Shown here: piece by piece, positions 1-9,853 of the stretch | Layout: every line of letters starts with the position of its first letter | Position numbering within the stretch: position 1 is the first letter of the stretch | Assembly (NCBI GenBank): GCA_021298815.1 | Contig: JAJTHE010000036.1 | Span: forward strand, 37,383 to 101,382 | Length of the DNA: 64,000 bases | Source: Betaproteobacteria bacterium | Lineage (GTDB): Bacteria > Pseudomonadota > Gammaproteobacteria > Burkholderiales > CAIKXV01 | Direction of reading: 5' to 3' | Position numbers and translations under genes: made by a program | The notes under the pieces: model-generated | The model's database searches: none | The model's input: only the letters and a program-made list of their open reading frames with translations | Told to the model about the DNA's origin: nothing

Positions 1-548
1 CCGCGCAGCGTCGCGCCGATGGCGAGGATCGCGTTGAGCGTCACCTGGTGCTGAAGGCCCGCCAGGCCGCCGGAATAGAACGGCGTCGGCCATTGCGCGG
101 CGAGCGCCACGCCCATCAGTGCGATCGCCTGCGCGAGCAGCTCCGGGTCGAGGGTGTCCGCGCGCAGCCAGCCCCGTGCGATCGCCGGCGAGAGCGCGGC
201 AACGGTGAGCGCGATCGCTACGGCGATGGCGAGGGTCAGCACTTCCAGCGTGCGCAGCAGGTCAGCCGGACGGCGCGGCGTGGTGGCCGGAGTGCCCGGC
301 GCGGGGACCGTGGCCGGGGCGGGTTCCGGCGTGCCGCCCCCGAGCCGGGCGAACTCGCGGGTGAGCGTGGTGCCGAAGCCCGGGTCGACGACGGTCGCTA
401 CCGCGGTCAGGGTCAGGTAGAAGCCGATCAGTCCGTAGGCCTCGACGCCGAGGTAGCGGATGTAGACCGGAATCAGCGCAAACGACAGCAGGATCGCCCA
501 GCCACGCCCGGCGAGATTGGCCGCGATGTTGCGCTTGACGCGGGTCAC
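1..548 (-). CDS. wzx: Oligosaccharide flippase (Wzx/MOP family), 5' part; runs off the window edge
   Basis: Manual translation from GTG at 548: MTRVKRNIAANLAGRGWAILLSFALIPVYIRYLGVEAYGLIGFYLTL...DPGFGTTLTRE, a typical Wzx N-terminus; located in a polysaccharide locus. Confidence 0.85.
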   Translation of the reverse strand, partial: MTRVKRNIAANLAGRGWAILLSFALIPVYIRYLGVEAYGLIGFYLTLTAVATVVDPGFGTTLTREFARLGGGTPEPAPATVPAPGTPATTPRRPADLLRTLEVLTLAIAVAIALTVAALSPAIARGWLRADTLDPELLAQAIALMGVALAAQWPTPFYSGGLAGLQHQVTLNAILAIGATLR

Positions 549-585
549 CGGCGGCACCGCTGGATCGGTAGCCGGCCTTCGATGT

Positions 586-1716
586 TCAGCGCTCCAGCAG
601 TCCGCGCAGCACGCCGCAGACGCGATCGACGTCGGCTTCGGACAGGCCGAGGCCGGACGGCAGGTTCACGCCGTGCGGCGCGATCCGGTACGACGCCGTG
701 TTGGCCGCCGCGGCGGCGCCGGCCTGCGGCGTGCCGGCATAGGCGGGCAGCGAGGACAGCGGATGGAAGAACGGCCGGCTGTCGATGCCGGCCGCCGACA
801 GCGCGTCCATCGCCGCGCGCTTGCCGCCGACCCGTGCGGGCAGTATCGCGGTCACCATCCAGTAGGTGTTGAGCACGCCCTGTGGCTCGTGGTTGAGCTG
901 CAGCTCGTCCAGCCCCGACAGGCGCTCGCGGTACCAGTCGAACACCCGGCGCTTGCGCTCGACCAGTTCGTCGATGCGTTCGAGCTGGGCGAGGCCGAGT
1001 GCCGCCTGCATCGAGCTCATCTTGTACTTCCAGCCGACTTCGGTGTTGTAGAAGAAGCGATCGCCGGGTTGCCGGCCATGGTCGCGCAGTACCTGGATGC
1101 GGTCGTGCAGCGCGCGGTCGGCGGTGACCAGCATGCCGCCCTCGCCGGTGGTCAGCGTCTTCGATCCATGGAAGCTGAACACGCCGGTGGTGCCGAAGGA
1201 GCCCGAGGCGCGCCCGTGCAGCCGCGAGCCGATCGACTCGGCCGCGTCCTCGACCACAGCGACGCCATGGCGGGCCGCGATCCGGTTGATCGCGTCGTAG
1301 TCGGCCATGCCGCCGTACAGGTTCACCGGGATCACCGCCTTCGTGCGCGGGGTGATCGCCGCCTCGAAGGACGACGGCGACAGGCACCAGGTGCCGGCAT
1401 CGATGTCGGCGAACACCGTGGTCGCGCCGACGTAGTGGATGGGTGCGGCGCTGGCGATCCACGTGCAGTCGGGCACGATCACCTCGTCGCCCGGGCCGAC
1501 GCCCAGCGCCAGCAGCGACAGGTGGATCGCCGAGGTGCACGACGGCAGCGCGATCGCATGCGGCGTGCCGACGTAGGCGGCGAACGCCCGCTCGAAGCGT
1601 TCGTTGAACGCGTTGGCGTTCGAGTACCAGGCGGTGCGTGCCGCCTCGGCGACGTATCCGACCTCGTGCTCGGTGATCGAAGGACCGGAGACCGGGATGC
1701 GTTCCAGGGAGACCAA
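586..1716 (-). CDS. DegT/DnrJ/EryC1/StrS sugar aminotransferase (perosamine synthase-like)
   Basis: Motifs SCTSAIHL, VEDAAES, FSFHGSKTLTTGEGG (PLP Lys); TTG start preceded by GAGG. Confidence 0.92.
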   Translation of the reverse strand: MVSLERIPVSGPSITEHEVGYVAEAARTAWYSNANAFNERFERAFAAYVGTPHAIALPSCTSAIHLSLLALGVGPGDEVIVPDCTWIASAAPIHYVGATTVFADIDAGTWCLSPSSFEAAITPRTKAVIPVNLYGGMADYDAINRIAARHGVAVVEDAAESIGSRLHGRASGSFGTTGVFSFHGSKTLTTGEGGMLVTADRALHDRIQVLRDHGRQPGDRFFYNTEVGWKYKMSSMQAALGLAQLERIDELVERKRRVFDWYRERLSGLDELQLNHEPQGVLNTYWMVTAILPARVGGKRAAMDALSAAGIDSRPFFHPLSSLPAYAGTPQAGAAAAANTASYRIAPHGVNLPSGLGLSEADVDRVCGVLRGLLER

Positions 1717-1745
1717 GGGGACCTCGTCGGGGATGGGGATGGCGG

Positions 1746-2483
1746 TCAGTCGCGCACGCAGCGCAGCCAGCCATCGGGCGCTACGGTGATCAGCAGCTTG
1801 TGCTCGATGTCGTGGTCGATCGTGAACCGGTCGTTGCCCTGCAGGAAGCGGTGCACCGCGGTCTTCGGCCCGTTGCCCGGGCCCCACGGCCGGTTGCCCT
1901 GGAGGTCGGCCGGCATGTCCTCGAGCAGGGTGTCGAACACCACCAGGTAGCAGTCGCGCGTGACCAGCGGAGCATACAGCGCGAGCTCGCGCTGCACATG
2001 GTCGAGCGTATGGTTCGAATCGAGGATGACCATCACCCGCGAACGGCCGGCGATCGCCGCCTTCACCCGGTCGACGGTGGACTGCTCGATCGAGGAGCCC
2101 TCTATCAGGGTGATGCGCCCGGCCATCGGATGCTTCTCGATCTCCACCCGGTTGTGCGCGCGGATGTCGATGTCGACGCCGACCACCTTGCCGTCGCCGC
2201 CGAGCAGGTGGAGGAAGGAGGCGTTCATGATCAGCGAACCGCCGTGTGCGATGCCGGTCTCGACGATGGCGTCGGGGCGGGTCTTCCAGATCACTTCCTG
2301 CAGCGCGACCATGTCCTGTGGCGTCTGGATGATCGGCCGGCCCATCCAGGTGAAGTTGTAGGTGTAGCGATGGCGGGTGACCTCGCGTGCCCAGATGCGC
2401 GACAGCGCCTGCACGTCGCGGTCTGCCGACAGGCCTCGGATGTTGGCCTCGACCTCGGCCTTGAAACGCTCGGGTTCGCTCAT
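1746..2483 (-). CDS. Cephalosporin hydroxylase (CmcI) family / rhamnosyl O-methyltransferase-like
   Basis: YNFTWMGRPIIQTPQD, ETGIAHGGS, ILDSNHT, WGPGNGPK motifs. Confidence 0.9.
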   Translation of the reverse strand: MSEPERFKAEVEANIRGLSADRDVQALSRIWAREVTRHRYTYNFTWMGRPIIQTPQDMVALQEVIWKTRPDAIVETGIAHGGSLIMNASFLHLLGGDGKVVGVDIDIRAHNRVEIEKHPMAGRITLIEGSSIEQSTVDRVKAAIAGRSRVMVILDSNHTLDHVQRELALYAPLVTRDCYLVVFDTLLEDMPADLQGNRPWGPGNGPKTAVHRFLQGNDRFTIDHDIEHKLLITVAPDGWLRCVRD

Positions 2484-3238
2484 GCGAACTGCCTCCAGTG
2501 GATGGTGCCGGATGTGATGATCCCGGCCGCCGCGCGGCCGAGGTTGGCGATCGGGTCGAGTACGCTGACATGCGGCGTGAACGGTCCGTGCAGCTGGGCA
2601 TGCGCGGTCTTGCGGTAGTCCATGTATTCGACCGCGACGCCGGCCCGCTCGAACGCCTCGTGGTCGAGGTAGTTGCGCGCGCCATGGCCGGTGACGTAGG
2701 TGGCGCCTTCGAAGCGGCGCACCACCTCGAGCACGCGCGCGCTGCCGTGGCCGCCGATGTCCAGCTCGCGCGAGTCGACGAAGCGGCGCCCGGCATCGAA
2801 CCCGAGGTAGCGCACGCAGGCATCGAGGCCGGCGAGCAGGATGTCCAGCAGCCGCTCGCTGTCGGTGGCGTAGGTGCTGCGTACGATGTCGAGCGCGTCG
2901 TCCCGGAACGGCGCGCCGTCGAACGCCTGCGCCAGCAGGTCGAGGTGGCTGCGTCGCCAGTCCCGCCGGTCGTCGAGCAGCACCTCGTCGATCCGCTGCC
3001 CCAGCTGCAGGTCGCGCAGCGGCAGGGTCAGCCAGCGGCTGCCGCCGGCGGTCTTCACCTGCACCCGGTTGGTGAAGCTGCCCTTGGAGAACTGCACGTC
3101 GGGATAGTGCACGTAGACATCCGCGAGCCGGATCTGCTCGAACATGCCGGCCCAGGGGAACAGCATAGGCTGCGAGATCACCACCACCGGAGGCGCCAGC
3201 GCGCGCCCGGGCCGCGAGGGGGCGCCTGCATCATCCAT
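2480..3238 (-). CDS. WbqC family protein
   Basis: ISQPMLFPWAG, DVQF..NR, YVTGHGARNYLD, SVLD motifs; true start may be slightly downstream. Confidence 0.9.
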   Translation of the reverse strand: MDDAGAPSRPGRALAPPVVVISQPMLFPWAGMFEQIRLADVYVHYPDVQFSKGSFTNRVQVKTAGGSRWLTLPLRDLQLGQRIDEVLLDDRRDWRRSHLDLLAQAFDGAPFRDDALDIVRSTYATDSERLLDILLAGLDACVRYLGFDAGRRFVDSRELDIGGHGSARVLEVVRRFEGATYVTGHGARNYLDHEAFERAGVAVEYMDYRKTAHAQLHGPFTPHVSVLDPIANLGRAAAGIITSGTIHWRQFA

Positions 3239-3241
3239 CGA

Positions 3242-3763
3242 TCAGGCCGCTCCGCGCAATCGACGGGCAGGGTTCCCCGCGAGCGCCGTGTCGTCACCCC
3301 AGCTGCCGAAGACCACCGCATTGGGCGAAACGATGCAGCGGTCGCCAAGCACCGTTCCGGGCATGATGACCGCACCGGAGCCGATCCAGCACCCTGCACC
3401 GATGCGCACCGGCGCCAGCTTGCGCACCGGATTCTCGGTGCACATCTCCCCGCTGCTGTCGCCGTACTGGGTGGTGATCACCACCTGCGGCCCGAGGTGG
3501 GTGAAGCTGCTGATCGCGATGCCGCCCTCGGCCAGCAGCATGCAGGCGTTGGACACGACCACATGGTCGCCCAGCACGAGTTCGCATCCGCTGCGCGAAC
3601 CGTACAGGTAGGCGGCGGTCTGCAGCGTGCAGTGCCGGCCGATCCGGATCGAGCGCCAGTACTTCACGGTCACCGCAGGCTCGGCGATCACGTCGAAACG
3701 CCACAGGAGGTTCAGCAGGTTCCAATGGAGCCGTGCGCGGTGACGGAGATTCTTGAGCAGCAC
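3242..3763 (-). CDS. Hexapeptide-repeat (LbH) acyltransferase
   Basis: PVRIGAGCWIGSGAVIMPGTVLGDRCIV...AGNPAR. Confidence 0.88.
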   Translation of the reverse strand: MLLKNLRHRARLHWNLLNLLWRFDVIAEPAVTVKYWRSIRIGRHCTLQTAAYLYGSRSGCELVLGDHVVVSNACMLLAEGGIAISSFTHLGPQVVITTQYGDSSGEMCTENPVRKLAPVRIGAGCWIGSGAVIMPGTVLGDRCIVSPNAVVFGSWGDDTALAGNPARRLRGAA

Positions 3764-3764
3764 G

Positions 3765-3998
3765 CTATGGGCCCTTGGCCCGCTCCTTCAGCGCGTCGAC
3801 GATGCTGGACAGGCTGGTCCGCTCGAACATCTCCTGGTCGCCGAAACGCACGTCGAACTCGTCCTCGATCGCGAGCATGATCTGCATCTGCTTGAGCGAA
3901 TCCCAGTTCTTCGTGCGCCCCGGCCCGGCATCGTCGGCTACCTCGGCCTCGTCGATGCCCAGCACTGCTGCGATGACGCGCTTGACGTCCTGTTCCAT
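3765..3998 (-). CDS. Acyl carrier protein
   Basis: 77 aa acidic protein with WDSL phosphopantetheinylation motif and IEDEFDVRF. Confidence 0.92.
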   Translation of the reverse strand: MEQDVKRVIAAVLGIDEAEVADDAGPGRTKNWDSLKQMQIMLAIEDEFDVRFGDQEMFERTSLSSIVDALKERAKGP

Positions 3999-4059
3999 TC
4001 ACCTGTCCTCGATCGATCCGGGAGCGGGGCACCGCGCTGCGACTTCCTTCAGGCAGAGT

Positions 4060-4557
4060 TTACCCTGCCTCCCTGCCACGAGGGGCGGCAGCCAGCAGCT
4101 CGATCAGGCCGAAACCGGCGACGAAATGGAAGCTCACGAGGCGCCCGCCGAACAGGATTGCCGGCCGCTCGTCGCGGACGCAGACCACCCGGTGGCCGGC
4201 GTCGTTCATCGCTGCCAGCGCGGCGGCGACATCGTCCGTCTCGAAACAGGTGTGGTAGATCGATTCGCCCTGCCGGGCCAGCAGTTCGGTGACCGGACCG
4301 GGCGTGTCGGTCGGGTAGACGAGCTCGACCGCCGGCATTCGCGGATTCTCGGCCCAGACCAGGTTCACGTTCTGCTCCGGGTCGAGGACCGGAGCGCCGA
4401 TGCGATAGCCCAGTGCGCGCAGGAACGCCTGCGCCTTGCGCGGCGTGCGCACGGCCAGCCCGATGTGGTGGAAGGACAGGCCGAAGGCGCCGGGCGAGCA
4501 GGGCGCGTCGCCGGAGGCCGGTCGCGGCCCGGCCCCGGCGAGATGCTCAGTCGGCAC
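4060..4557 (-). CDS. VOC/glyoxalase family protein (methylmalonyl-CoA epimerase-like)
   Basis: FHHIGLAV, VELV.P, YHTCFET, LIELL metal-binding pattern. Confidence 0.88.
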   Translation of the reverse strand: MPTEHLAGAGPRPASGDAPCSPGAFGLSFHHIGLAVRTPRKAQAFLRALGYRIGAPVLDPEQNVNLVWAENPRMPAVELVYPTDTPGPVTELLARQGESIYHTCFETDDVAAALAAMNDAGHRVVCVRDERPAILFGGRLVSFHFVAGFGLIELLAAAPRGREAG

Positions 4558-5458
4558 GGGTCAGCGCGAGCGCGATGTTGATCGGCATCCGGGTGCGCAG
4601 CGATTCCTCCAGCGACAGGCCGGTGTAGGGGACGACCAGCTCCGCGGTGACCCGCAGGCCAGCGGCAGCAGCCATTGCGGTCACCTCGGCCGGGCTGCGG
4701 AACAGCCAGATATGGTCCACCGCCGGCGCATTGATCGCGGTGGTGACGAACACGAATCCACCGGATGCAGCGAGCGAACGGATCTTCGCCAGGAAAGCCA
4801 GCGGCGCTTCGACGTGCTCGAGCACTTCGCCCATCACGATGGCGCTGCAGCTGGCCGGTTCATCGCCGTCAGCAAGGAAGTCGCGGCAACGGATCGCATA
4901 GCCGGCATGCCGTCCGAACAGGCCGCTGGCGACGATGGCTTCGGTCATCGCACAGCTGGTCGGGCTGATGTCGATGCCCTCGAACCGCGTGAAGCCGCTT
5001 GCACGGAGCGCGGCTAGGAAGAACATGCCGTGTCCGGGCCCGATCTCGAGATAGGTGCCGGCACGGTCGCGCGGCAACTGTTCGAGGAAGAACCGGCGCA
5101 TCACGCGGTGGTTCGGCCACAGGTAGGTGGTGAGTGCAAGCCCGTACATGTACCGGCGCATGTAGTCGTCGTTCTGGTAGACGGACCCCGCGACTTCGGC
5201 ATAGGTTGCGTACCGGTAGCGGTCATGCCGCTGGAAGAAAACCTGCTCGCGCAGGGTGTCGACGACGATCGTGTTGTAGCTGCGGGCGAGATAGTCGAGC
5301 CCGATGTCCTGGGTCGCGCAGAAGCGCAGGTATGCGTCGAGCTCCGAACGTTCCTCGGGCAGCAGGCCGGCGACGCTGCTTTCGAGGAACGGTGCCTGCA
5401 GCCGGTTCGTGTTGCCGATCGCCTCGACGAGGGCGTCCAGGTCCATCCTTGCATTCAT
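4547..5458 (-). CDS. Class I SAM-dependent methyltransferase
   Basis: YLEIGPGHG motif I, GIDIS, EVLEHVEAP. Confidence 0.88.
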   Translation of the reverse strand: MNARMDLDALVEAIGNTNRLQAPFLESSVAGLLPEERSELDAYLRFCATQDIGLDYLARSYNTIVVDTLREQVFFQRHDRYRYATYAEVAGSVYQNDDYMRRYMYGLALTTYLWPNHRVMRRFFLEQLPRDRAGTYLEIGPGHGMFFLAALRASGFTRFEGIDISPTSCAMTEAIVASGLFGRHAGYAIRCRDFLADGDEPASCSAIVMGEVLEHVEAPLAFLAKIRSLAASGGFVFVTTAINAPAVDHIWLFRSPAEVTAMAAAAGLRVTAELVVPYTGLSLEESLRTRMPINIALALTRAD

Positions 5459-7242
5459 GCCGAAGCTCCAGCCATGGGCGCTGCCTTAGACGCGGCCCCC
5501 GGGTTGCCCGGCGTCGTGACCGGCAGCAGGTCGGGAGCCGGCAGCCTGGGCGCCGGCAGGTTCACGGCGTAGGCGTGGCAGTCGTCGCTGCGCGACACCG
5601 TCGGGAAGCCCACCCTGTCGAAGAAGTCCGCAACCTGCGCATTCTTCGGGGTGCGGACATAGCTTGCCTCGATGCGCGCGATGCCGTCCCGCCGCAGCGT
5701 CTCGGCGAGCCAGCCGATGAAGGCCTGCTCGACCCTGCGGCCGAGCACCCGGCAGCTGAGCAGGAAGGTATCGATGGTCGACGTCGCCCGGTCCCGGTCG
5801 TCGCGGACGATGCACAGTCCCGAAATGCCGTAGTCGCCGAAGCGGTCCGCCACGCCGATCGCCAGCACCCGGTGCATGCCATCGGCGAGCATCCGGGCGA
5901 TATCGGCCTCCGTGTAGCGCCGGGTCGTCAGGTTGAACTGGTTGGTCTTCTGCGACATCTGGGCGATGCGTGGGACCAGTTCCGCCGGGTTCTCGTGCAC
6001 GCTCAGGGCCAGCCCGAGCGAACGTACGTAAGCATCGAGGTCGGTGGCGGTTTCCTGCAGTGCCTTGCGCTCGGCCTCTTCGCGGTACATCGCGGTCTTG
6101 CGGGCATCTTCGCGCGAAGCCGACAACTGGAAGAACAGGGTCGCGGTCCTCGCCATCAGCGCGGGATACTCGTCGAGCCGGTCCGGCACCTGCACCACGG
6201 TCACTTCGGGGAGCATGCGGCGTACCAGGTCGACCTCGAGGCTGGAATCATCGACGAACACGATGCTGTCCAGCCCGATGTTCCAGGCTTCGGCGAGCGA
6301 CCGCAGGTTGGCGACCTTGTCGGTCCAGTTCACGCGCCTGCCGGCCAGGGTGTCCGGGCGGAGCTGCATCGCCGGATGCCTGGACAGGACCTCGTCGATG
6401 TCGTCCGGATTGTTCTTCGTGTTCAGCGCGAGCAGCACACCGCTTCGCTGCAGGCCCAGCGCGAGCGCCTGCACTTCGGCGAATATGCGGCCGTCGGGCG
6501 TGTCGGGCGACATCTCGATGCCGTCGAAGCCGTCTTCGCCGAGCACGCCCTTCCAGAGCGTGTTGTCGCAGTCGAACACCAGCGCCTTCTTCGCGCGCCC
6601 CGTGGCCGACATCGCGCACGGCCGCAGGCGGTCCGCCCAGGCGGCGAGGAAATCGAGCGTGTACAGGCTGCGGCTCGTTCGGAACAGCCGACGGTCGATG
6701 CTGCGCTCGATCGACAGGCCGGCGTACACCTTGTCGATGTCGAGGAGCACGCAGTGCCGCGGGGCGAGTTCCCGGAGCAGGGCGTTTGCGCGCGCACAGA
6801 AGCGGTCGAGCACGTCGTCGCGCAGCGAGGCCTGCGAGAAAGGCAGGGCGGACACGGTGTTCACGACCACCAGCGGGGTGGCCGCGAGCTGGGCGAACGC
6901 CACAGACACTTCCTGGCGGAACTTCGCCAGCACGCCTTCCAGCTCGGCCTCGTCCATCGCCGCGGCCCGGTAGTGGAAGCCGTCGATCATGCTGGCGAGC
7001 TCCCATGCGATCACCACCAGGTCCACGTCGGCGAGGCGGGCGCTTTCCTGCACGATGCTGTCGAAGCCGCCGATCTCGACCGACGCGTTCACGCCGCCTT
7101 CGCGCAAGGCGTATTCGACCAGTTCTGTGGCCTGAGCCATCGTGGTGTTCGACAGCAGCGCCACCCGGTAGCGCGGGCTCGCCGCCGCGGCGAGCGATTC
7201 GCCGAGCCGGCGGTTCTCGCGCAGCAGCTGGCTGTACTTCAT
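5455..7242 (-). CDS. FkbH-like HAD-IIIC phosphatase / glyceryl-ACP loading enzyme
   Basis: KALVFDCDNTLWKGVLGEDG, NWTDK, FVDDS, KTNQFNLTTRRY, DRFGDYG, LLSCRVLGR; alternative ATG at 7251. Confidence 0.93.
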   Translation of the reverse strand: MKYSQLLRENRRLGESLAAAASPRYRVALLSNTTMAQATELVEYALREGGVNASVEIGGFDSIVQESARLADVDLVVIAWELASMIDGFHYRAAAMDEAELEGVLAKFRQEVSVAFAQLAATPLVVVNTVSALPFSQASLRDDVLDRFCARANALLRELAPRHCVLLDIDKVYAGLSIERSIDRRLFRTSRSLYTLDFLAAWADRLRPCAMSATGRAKKALVFDCDNTLWKGVLGEDGFDGIEMSPDTPDGRIFAEVQALALGLQRSGVLLALNTKNNPDDIDEVLSRHPAMQLRPDTLAGRRVNWTDKVANLRSLAEAWNIGLDSIVFVDDSSLEVDLVRRMLPEVTVVQVPDRLDEYPALMARTATLFFQLSASREDARKTAMYREEAERKALQETATDLDAYVRSLGLALSVHENPAELVPRIAQMSQKTNQFNLTTRRYTEADIARMLADGMHRVLAIGVADRFGDYGISGLCIVRDDRDRATSTIDTFLLSCRVLGRRVEQAFIGWLAETLRRDGIARIEASYVRTPKNAQVADFFDRVGFPTVSRSDDCHAYAVNLPAPRLPAPDLLPVTTPGNPGAASKAAPMAGASA

Positions 7243-7261
7243 CCCGAACATGCCGGCCCCG

Positions 7262-8449
7262 TCATGTCGCCTCGAGGAAGAAGAGGTCGAGCCCGCGATT
7301 CCGCCATGCGGTGACTTCGCCGATGATGGACCGGGCAACCCGCGGGTTGAGTCCGACCAGAACGGCATCGATCGCGGGCGGAAGCTGGTCCGGCGCGACG
7401 ATCGGCCGGTCGAACATCTGCCGGCCCTGCAGGTGGCGGTTCTGGTCGACGAAGCACTCGACCCGCGCCGGCCGTGCAAGGCTGGACGCGATGAAGTTCC
7501 CGTAGAACCCGGCGCCGTAGATCGCGAGCCGGGCCGGTTCCGGGTGGCTCGCTTCGAACGCGCGAATGGCGGTCGCGGCATTGCCCCAGAAGCGGCCCAT
7601 CTCGACGCAACGCTGCCGTGAGGCGGCCACTTCGCCGCCCGGTGGCAGGCCGGCGCCCGCCTCCGCGCCCGCGGATGCGGCATCGTCCTGCCGCGCGACC
7701 ACGACGAACGCGGCATCGTGGGCCGCGTCGTCGATCGATTCCGCGCGGAAGCCGTGGCGGGCCAGCATCGCACCGATCGACGCCGCGGAGAAATGGTTGA
7801 TGTGGTCGGCCACCACGAAGTCGGCGATGTTCGCATAGACGTTCGGCACGATGAAATAGAACATGCCGCCCGGCCGCAGCAGGGCACGCACCGCGGCGAG
7901 CGCTTCCTGGAGATCGGCCACGTGTTCCAGCGCATAGAACGACAGCACGACATCGACCGTGCCGCGCCAGTGTGCCGCCGGCGCCCCGACCGCCTGGTTC
8001 TGCCGCGCGACGAACGCATCCCAGAAGCCGACGTACTTGTCCGTCACGTCGAAGGTCATCGGCACGATGCCCGGCACGGCCGCGACCATCCGCTTCAATG
8101 TCGGCGCCTTCGCGCAACCGTAGTCGAGGACTGTCTGGCCGGGTCGCAGCGCCAGCTTCGCGAGCGCGGTGGCGGCCTGGTGCGCGGCGCGGTAGACCGG
8201 CTTTCCGTCGACCACCTTGTACAGCTGGTCGTCCTCGTCGCTGGCCAGGTTGATCGCGTATTCCTCTGCGTAGTAGCGCGCGAGGTCGGGCAGTTCCGAG
8301 GTTTGCAGGTGCCCGCAACGATCGCAGAAGAAGACCCGGGTCCGCCCCTCGATCACCTTGTTCATGGTCGTGATCGACGCATTGTCCGCGGATTCGTAGA
8401 GCGGGGTGCCGAGGGGGCTGCTGCAGACGTTGCAGGAATCTTTTTTCAT
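7262..8449 (-). CDS. Class I SAM methyltransferase with N-terminal CxxC/CxxC Zn motif and C-methyltransferase-like C-terminal domain
   Basis: CNVC, CDRCGHLQ, VLDYGCA, ALEHVAD, DHINHFS, AIYGAGFYG. Confidence 0.82.
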   Translation of the reverse strand: MKKDSCNVCSSPLGTPLYESADNASITTMNKVIEGRTRVFFCDRCGHLQTSELPDLARYYAEEYAINLASDEDDQLYKVVDGKPVYRAAHQAATALAKLALRPGQTVLDYGCAKAPTLKRMVAAVPGIVPMTFDVTDKYVGFWDAFVARQNQAVGAPAAHWRGTVDVVLSFYALEHVADLQEALAAVRALLRPGGMFYFIVPNVYANIADFVVADHINHFSAASIGAMLARHGFRAESIDDAAHDAAFVVVARQDDAASAGAEAGAGLPPGGEVAASRQRCVEMGRFWGNAATAIRAFEASHPEPARLAIYGAGFYGNFIASSLARPARVECFVDQNRHLQGRQMFDRPIVAPDQLPPAIDAVLVGLNPRVARSIIGEVTAWRNRGLDLFFLEAT

Positions 8450-9306
8450 GCGCGGACGAAACTTTCGGGGAACAGGGCTTCGATGTCGGTCCCGGCAGTT
8501 ACCGAGGCGGGCCAGCCGAGGTCGATGCCGTGCCGCTCGCGGAAGTTGAAGTAGCGAAGCTGCATGGACCAGCGCGAGCGCTGCGCCACATTGTGCCCGG
8601 ACTGGTGCAGCGTGAGGAAATCCATGAGCAGGAGGTCGCCCGGGTGCGACAGCGGTGCCGCCCGTGGATAGCGCGTCACCGTGCCCTCCTCGTCGGCCAG
8701 CCCGATCTGGTAGGCGCCCGTCTTCCCGGCATAGCGGTCGCCGCGCCGATAGCGCGACAGGCCGTCATGGTGGGATCCGACGCAGATCTGGACCGGGCCC
8801 ATCTCCGGCTCGACGTCCACCAGCGGGCTCCAGAAGACGATGCCATCGAGGCTTTGCGGCTGGAACAGGTATTCCTGGTGCCAGTGCGAGCGGAACTGCT
8901 CCTCGTGCGGGTTGTCGATGCGGATGCCGAAGCTGGCGGCGCCGATGCCCGCGAGGTCGGTAGAGCGCAACTCGCGGAACAGTCGTTCGTTCCGGTTGCA
9001 GGAGAGCAGGCGGATGAAGGCCGGGATCAGCTTGGCTGCGTCGTATACGAGGCCGCCCAGCCGGCGGTCATGGGCGATCAGTTCTGCATAGCCGTCGTCG
9101 AAGCGCGCAGGATCGAACGGCGCACGCCTCGCCTGCGGGCGGTGGCGCTCGATCAGCAGCCCGATGATCGAGTGCAATGCGCGCTGGATCGGCGCTATCT
9201 CGCGGGCCAGGTCGTAGAACCCCGGCAGCAGCAGGAAGCCATCGCGGCGGAATGCCTCGACCTGTTCCGCCGACAGCAGGGGTGCAGCCGCCTGCCCGTG
9301 GTCCAT
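8446..9306 (-). CDS. Phytanoyl-CoA dioxygenase (PhyH) family 2OG-Fe(II) oxygenase
   Basis: FRRDGFLLL, WHQE (HxE facial triad), GSH, GDLLLMDFLTLHQSGHN...R; ATG overlaps the upstream stop. Confidence 0.87.
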   Translation of the reverse strand: MDHGQAAAPLLSAEQVEAFRRDGFLLLPGFYDLAREIAPIQRALHSIIGLLIERHRPQARRAPFDPARFDDGYAELIAHDRRLGGLVYDAAKLIPAFIRLLSCNRNERLFRELRSTDLAGIGAASFGIRIDNPHEEQFRSHWHQEYLFQPQSLDGIVFWSPLVDVEPEMGPVQICVGSHHDGLSRYRRGDRYAGKTGAYQIGLADEEGTVTRYPRAAPLSHPGDLLLMDFLTLHQSGHNVAQRSRWSMQLRYFNFRERHGIDLGWPASVTAGTDIEALFPESFVRA

Positions 9307-9839
9307 CAGGCCTGTTCCAGCAATGGCCATGACGCGTCCCTGTCGGACAGCACCGGATCGGCGAGCGGCCATTCGATCGCTAGCGCGCGATCGTTCCAGC
9401 GCATCCCCCGCGCGGATGACGGTTCGAACGCCGTGCTCATCATGTAGAACACCTCGGTGTCGGGCTCGAGCGTCTGGAAGCCATGTGCGAACCCCGCGGG
9501 AACGAAGATCTGTCGATGGTCCTGCGCCGAGAGCGCGAAGCCCGCCCAGCAATGGCGGGTCGGCGAGCCTGCCCGCAGGTCGACGATGACGTCGTAGAGC
9601 GAGCCGCGCGTGCAACGCACGACCTTCGCTTCTTCGTGCGGCGCGGCCTGCCAGTGCAGCCCGCGGATTGTACCGCGCAACCGATTGAACGAAACGTTGC
9701 ACTGGACGAAGCGGGGGGGAAGGCCTTGTCGGACGAATTCCTGTTCGCAGAAGCTGCGCGCGAAGAAGCCGCGCTCGTCTTCATGCCGATCGAGTTCGAT
9801 AAGGTAGGCGCCTGCAAGGCCTGTCTCGACGAAGTGCAT
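9306..9839 (-). CDS. rfbC: NDP-4-keto-6-deoxyhexose 3,5-epimerase (RfbC/RmlC family, second copy)
   Basis: DERGFFARSF, GTIRGLHWQ, DVIVDLR, GFAHGFQTL. Confidence 0.88.
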   Translation of the reverse strand: MHFVETGLAGAYLIELDRHEDERGFFARSFCEQEFVRQGLPPRFVQCNVSFNRLRGTIRGLHWQAAPHEEAKVVRCTRGSLYDVIVDLRAGSPTRHCWAGFALSAQDHRQIFVPAGFAHGFQTLEPDTEVFYMMSTAFEPSSARGMRWNDRALAIEWPLADPVLSDRDASWPLLEQA

Positions 9840-9853
9840 GGGCCGGCTGCGAG

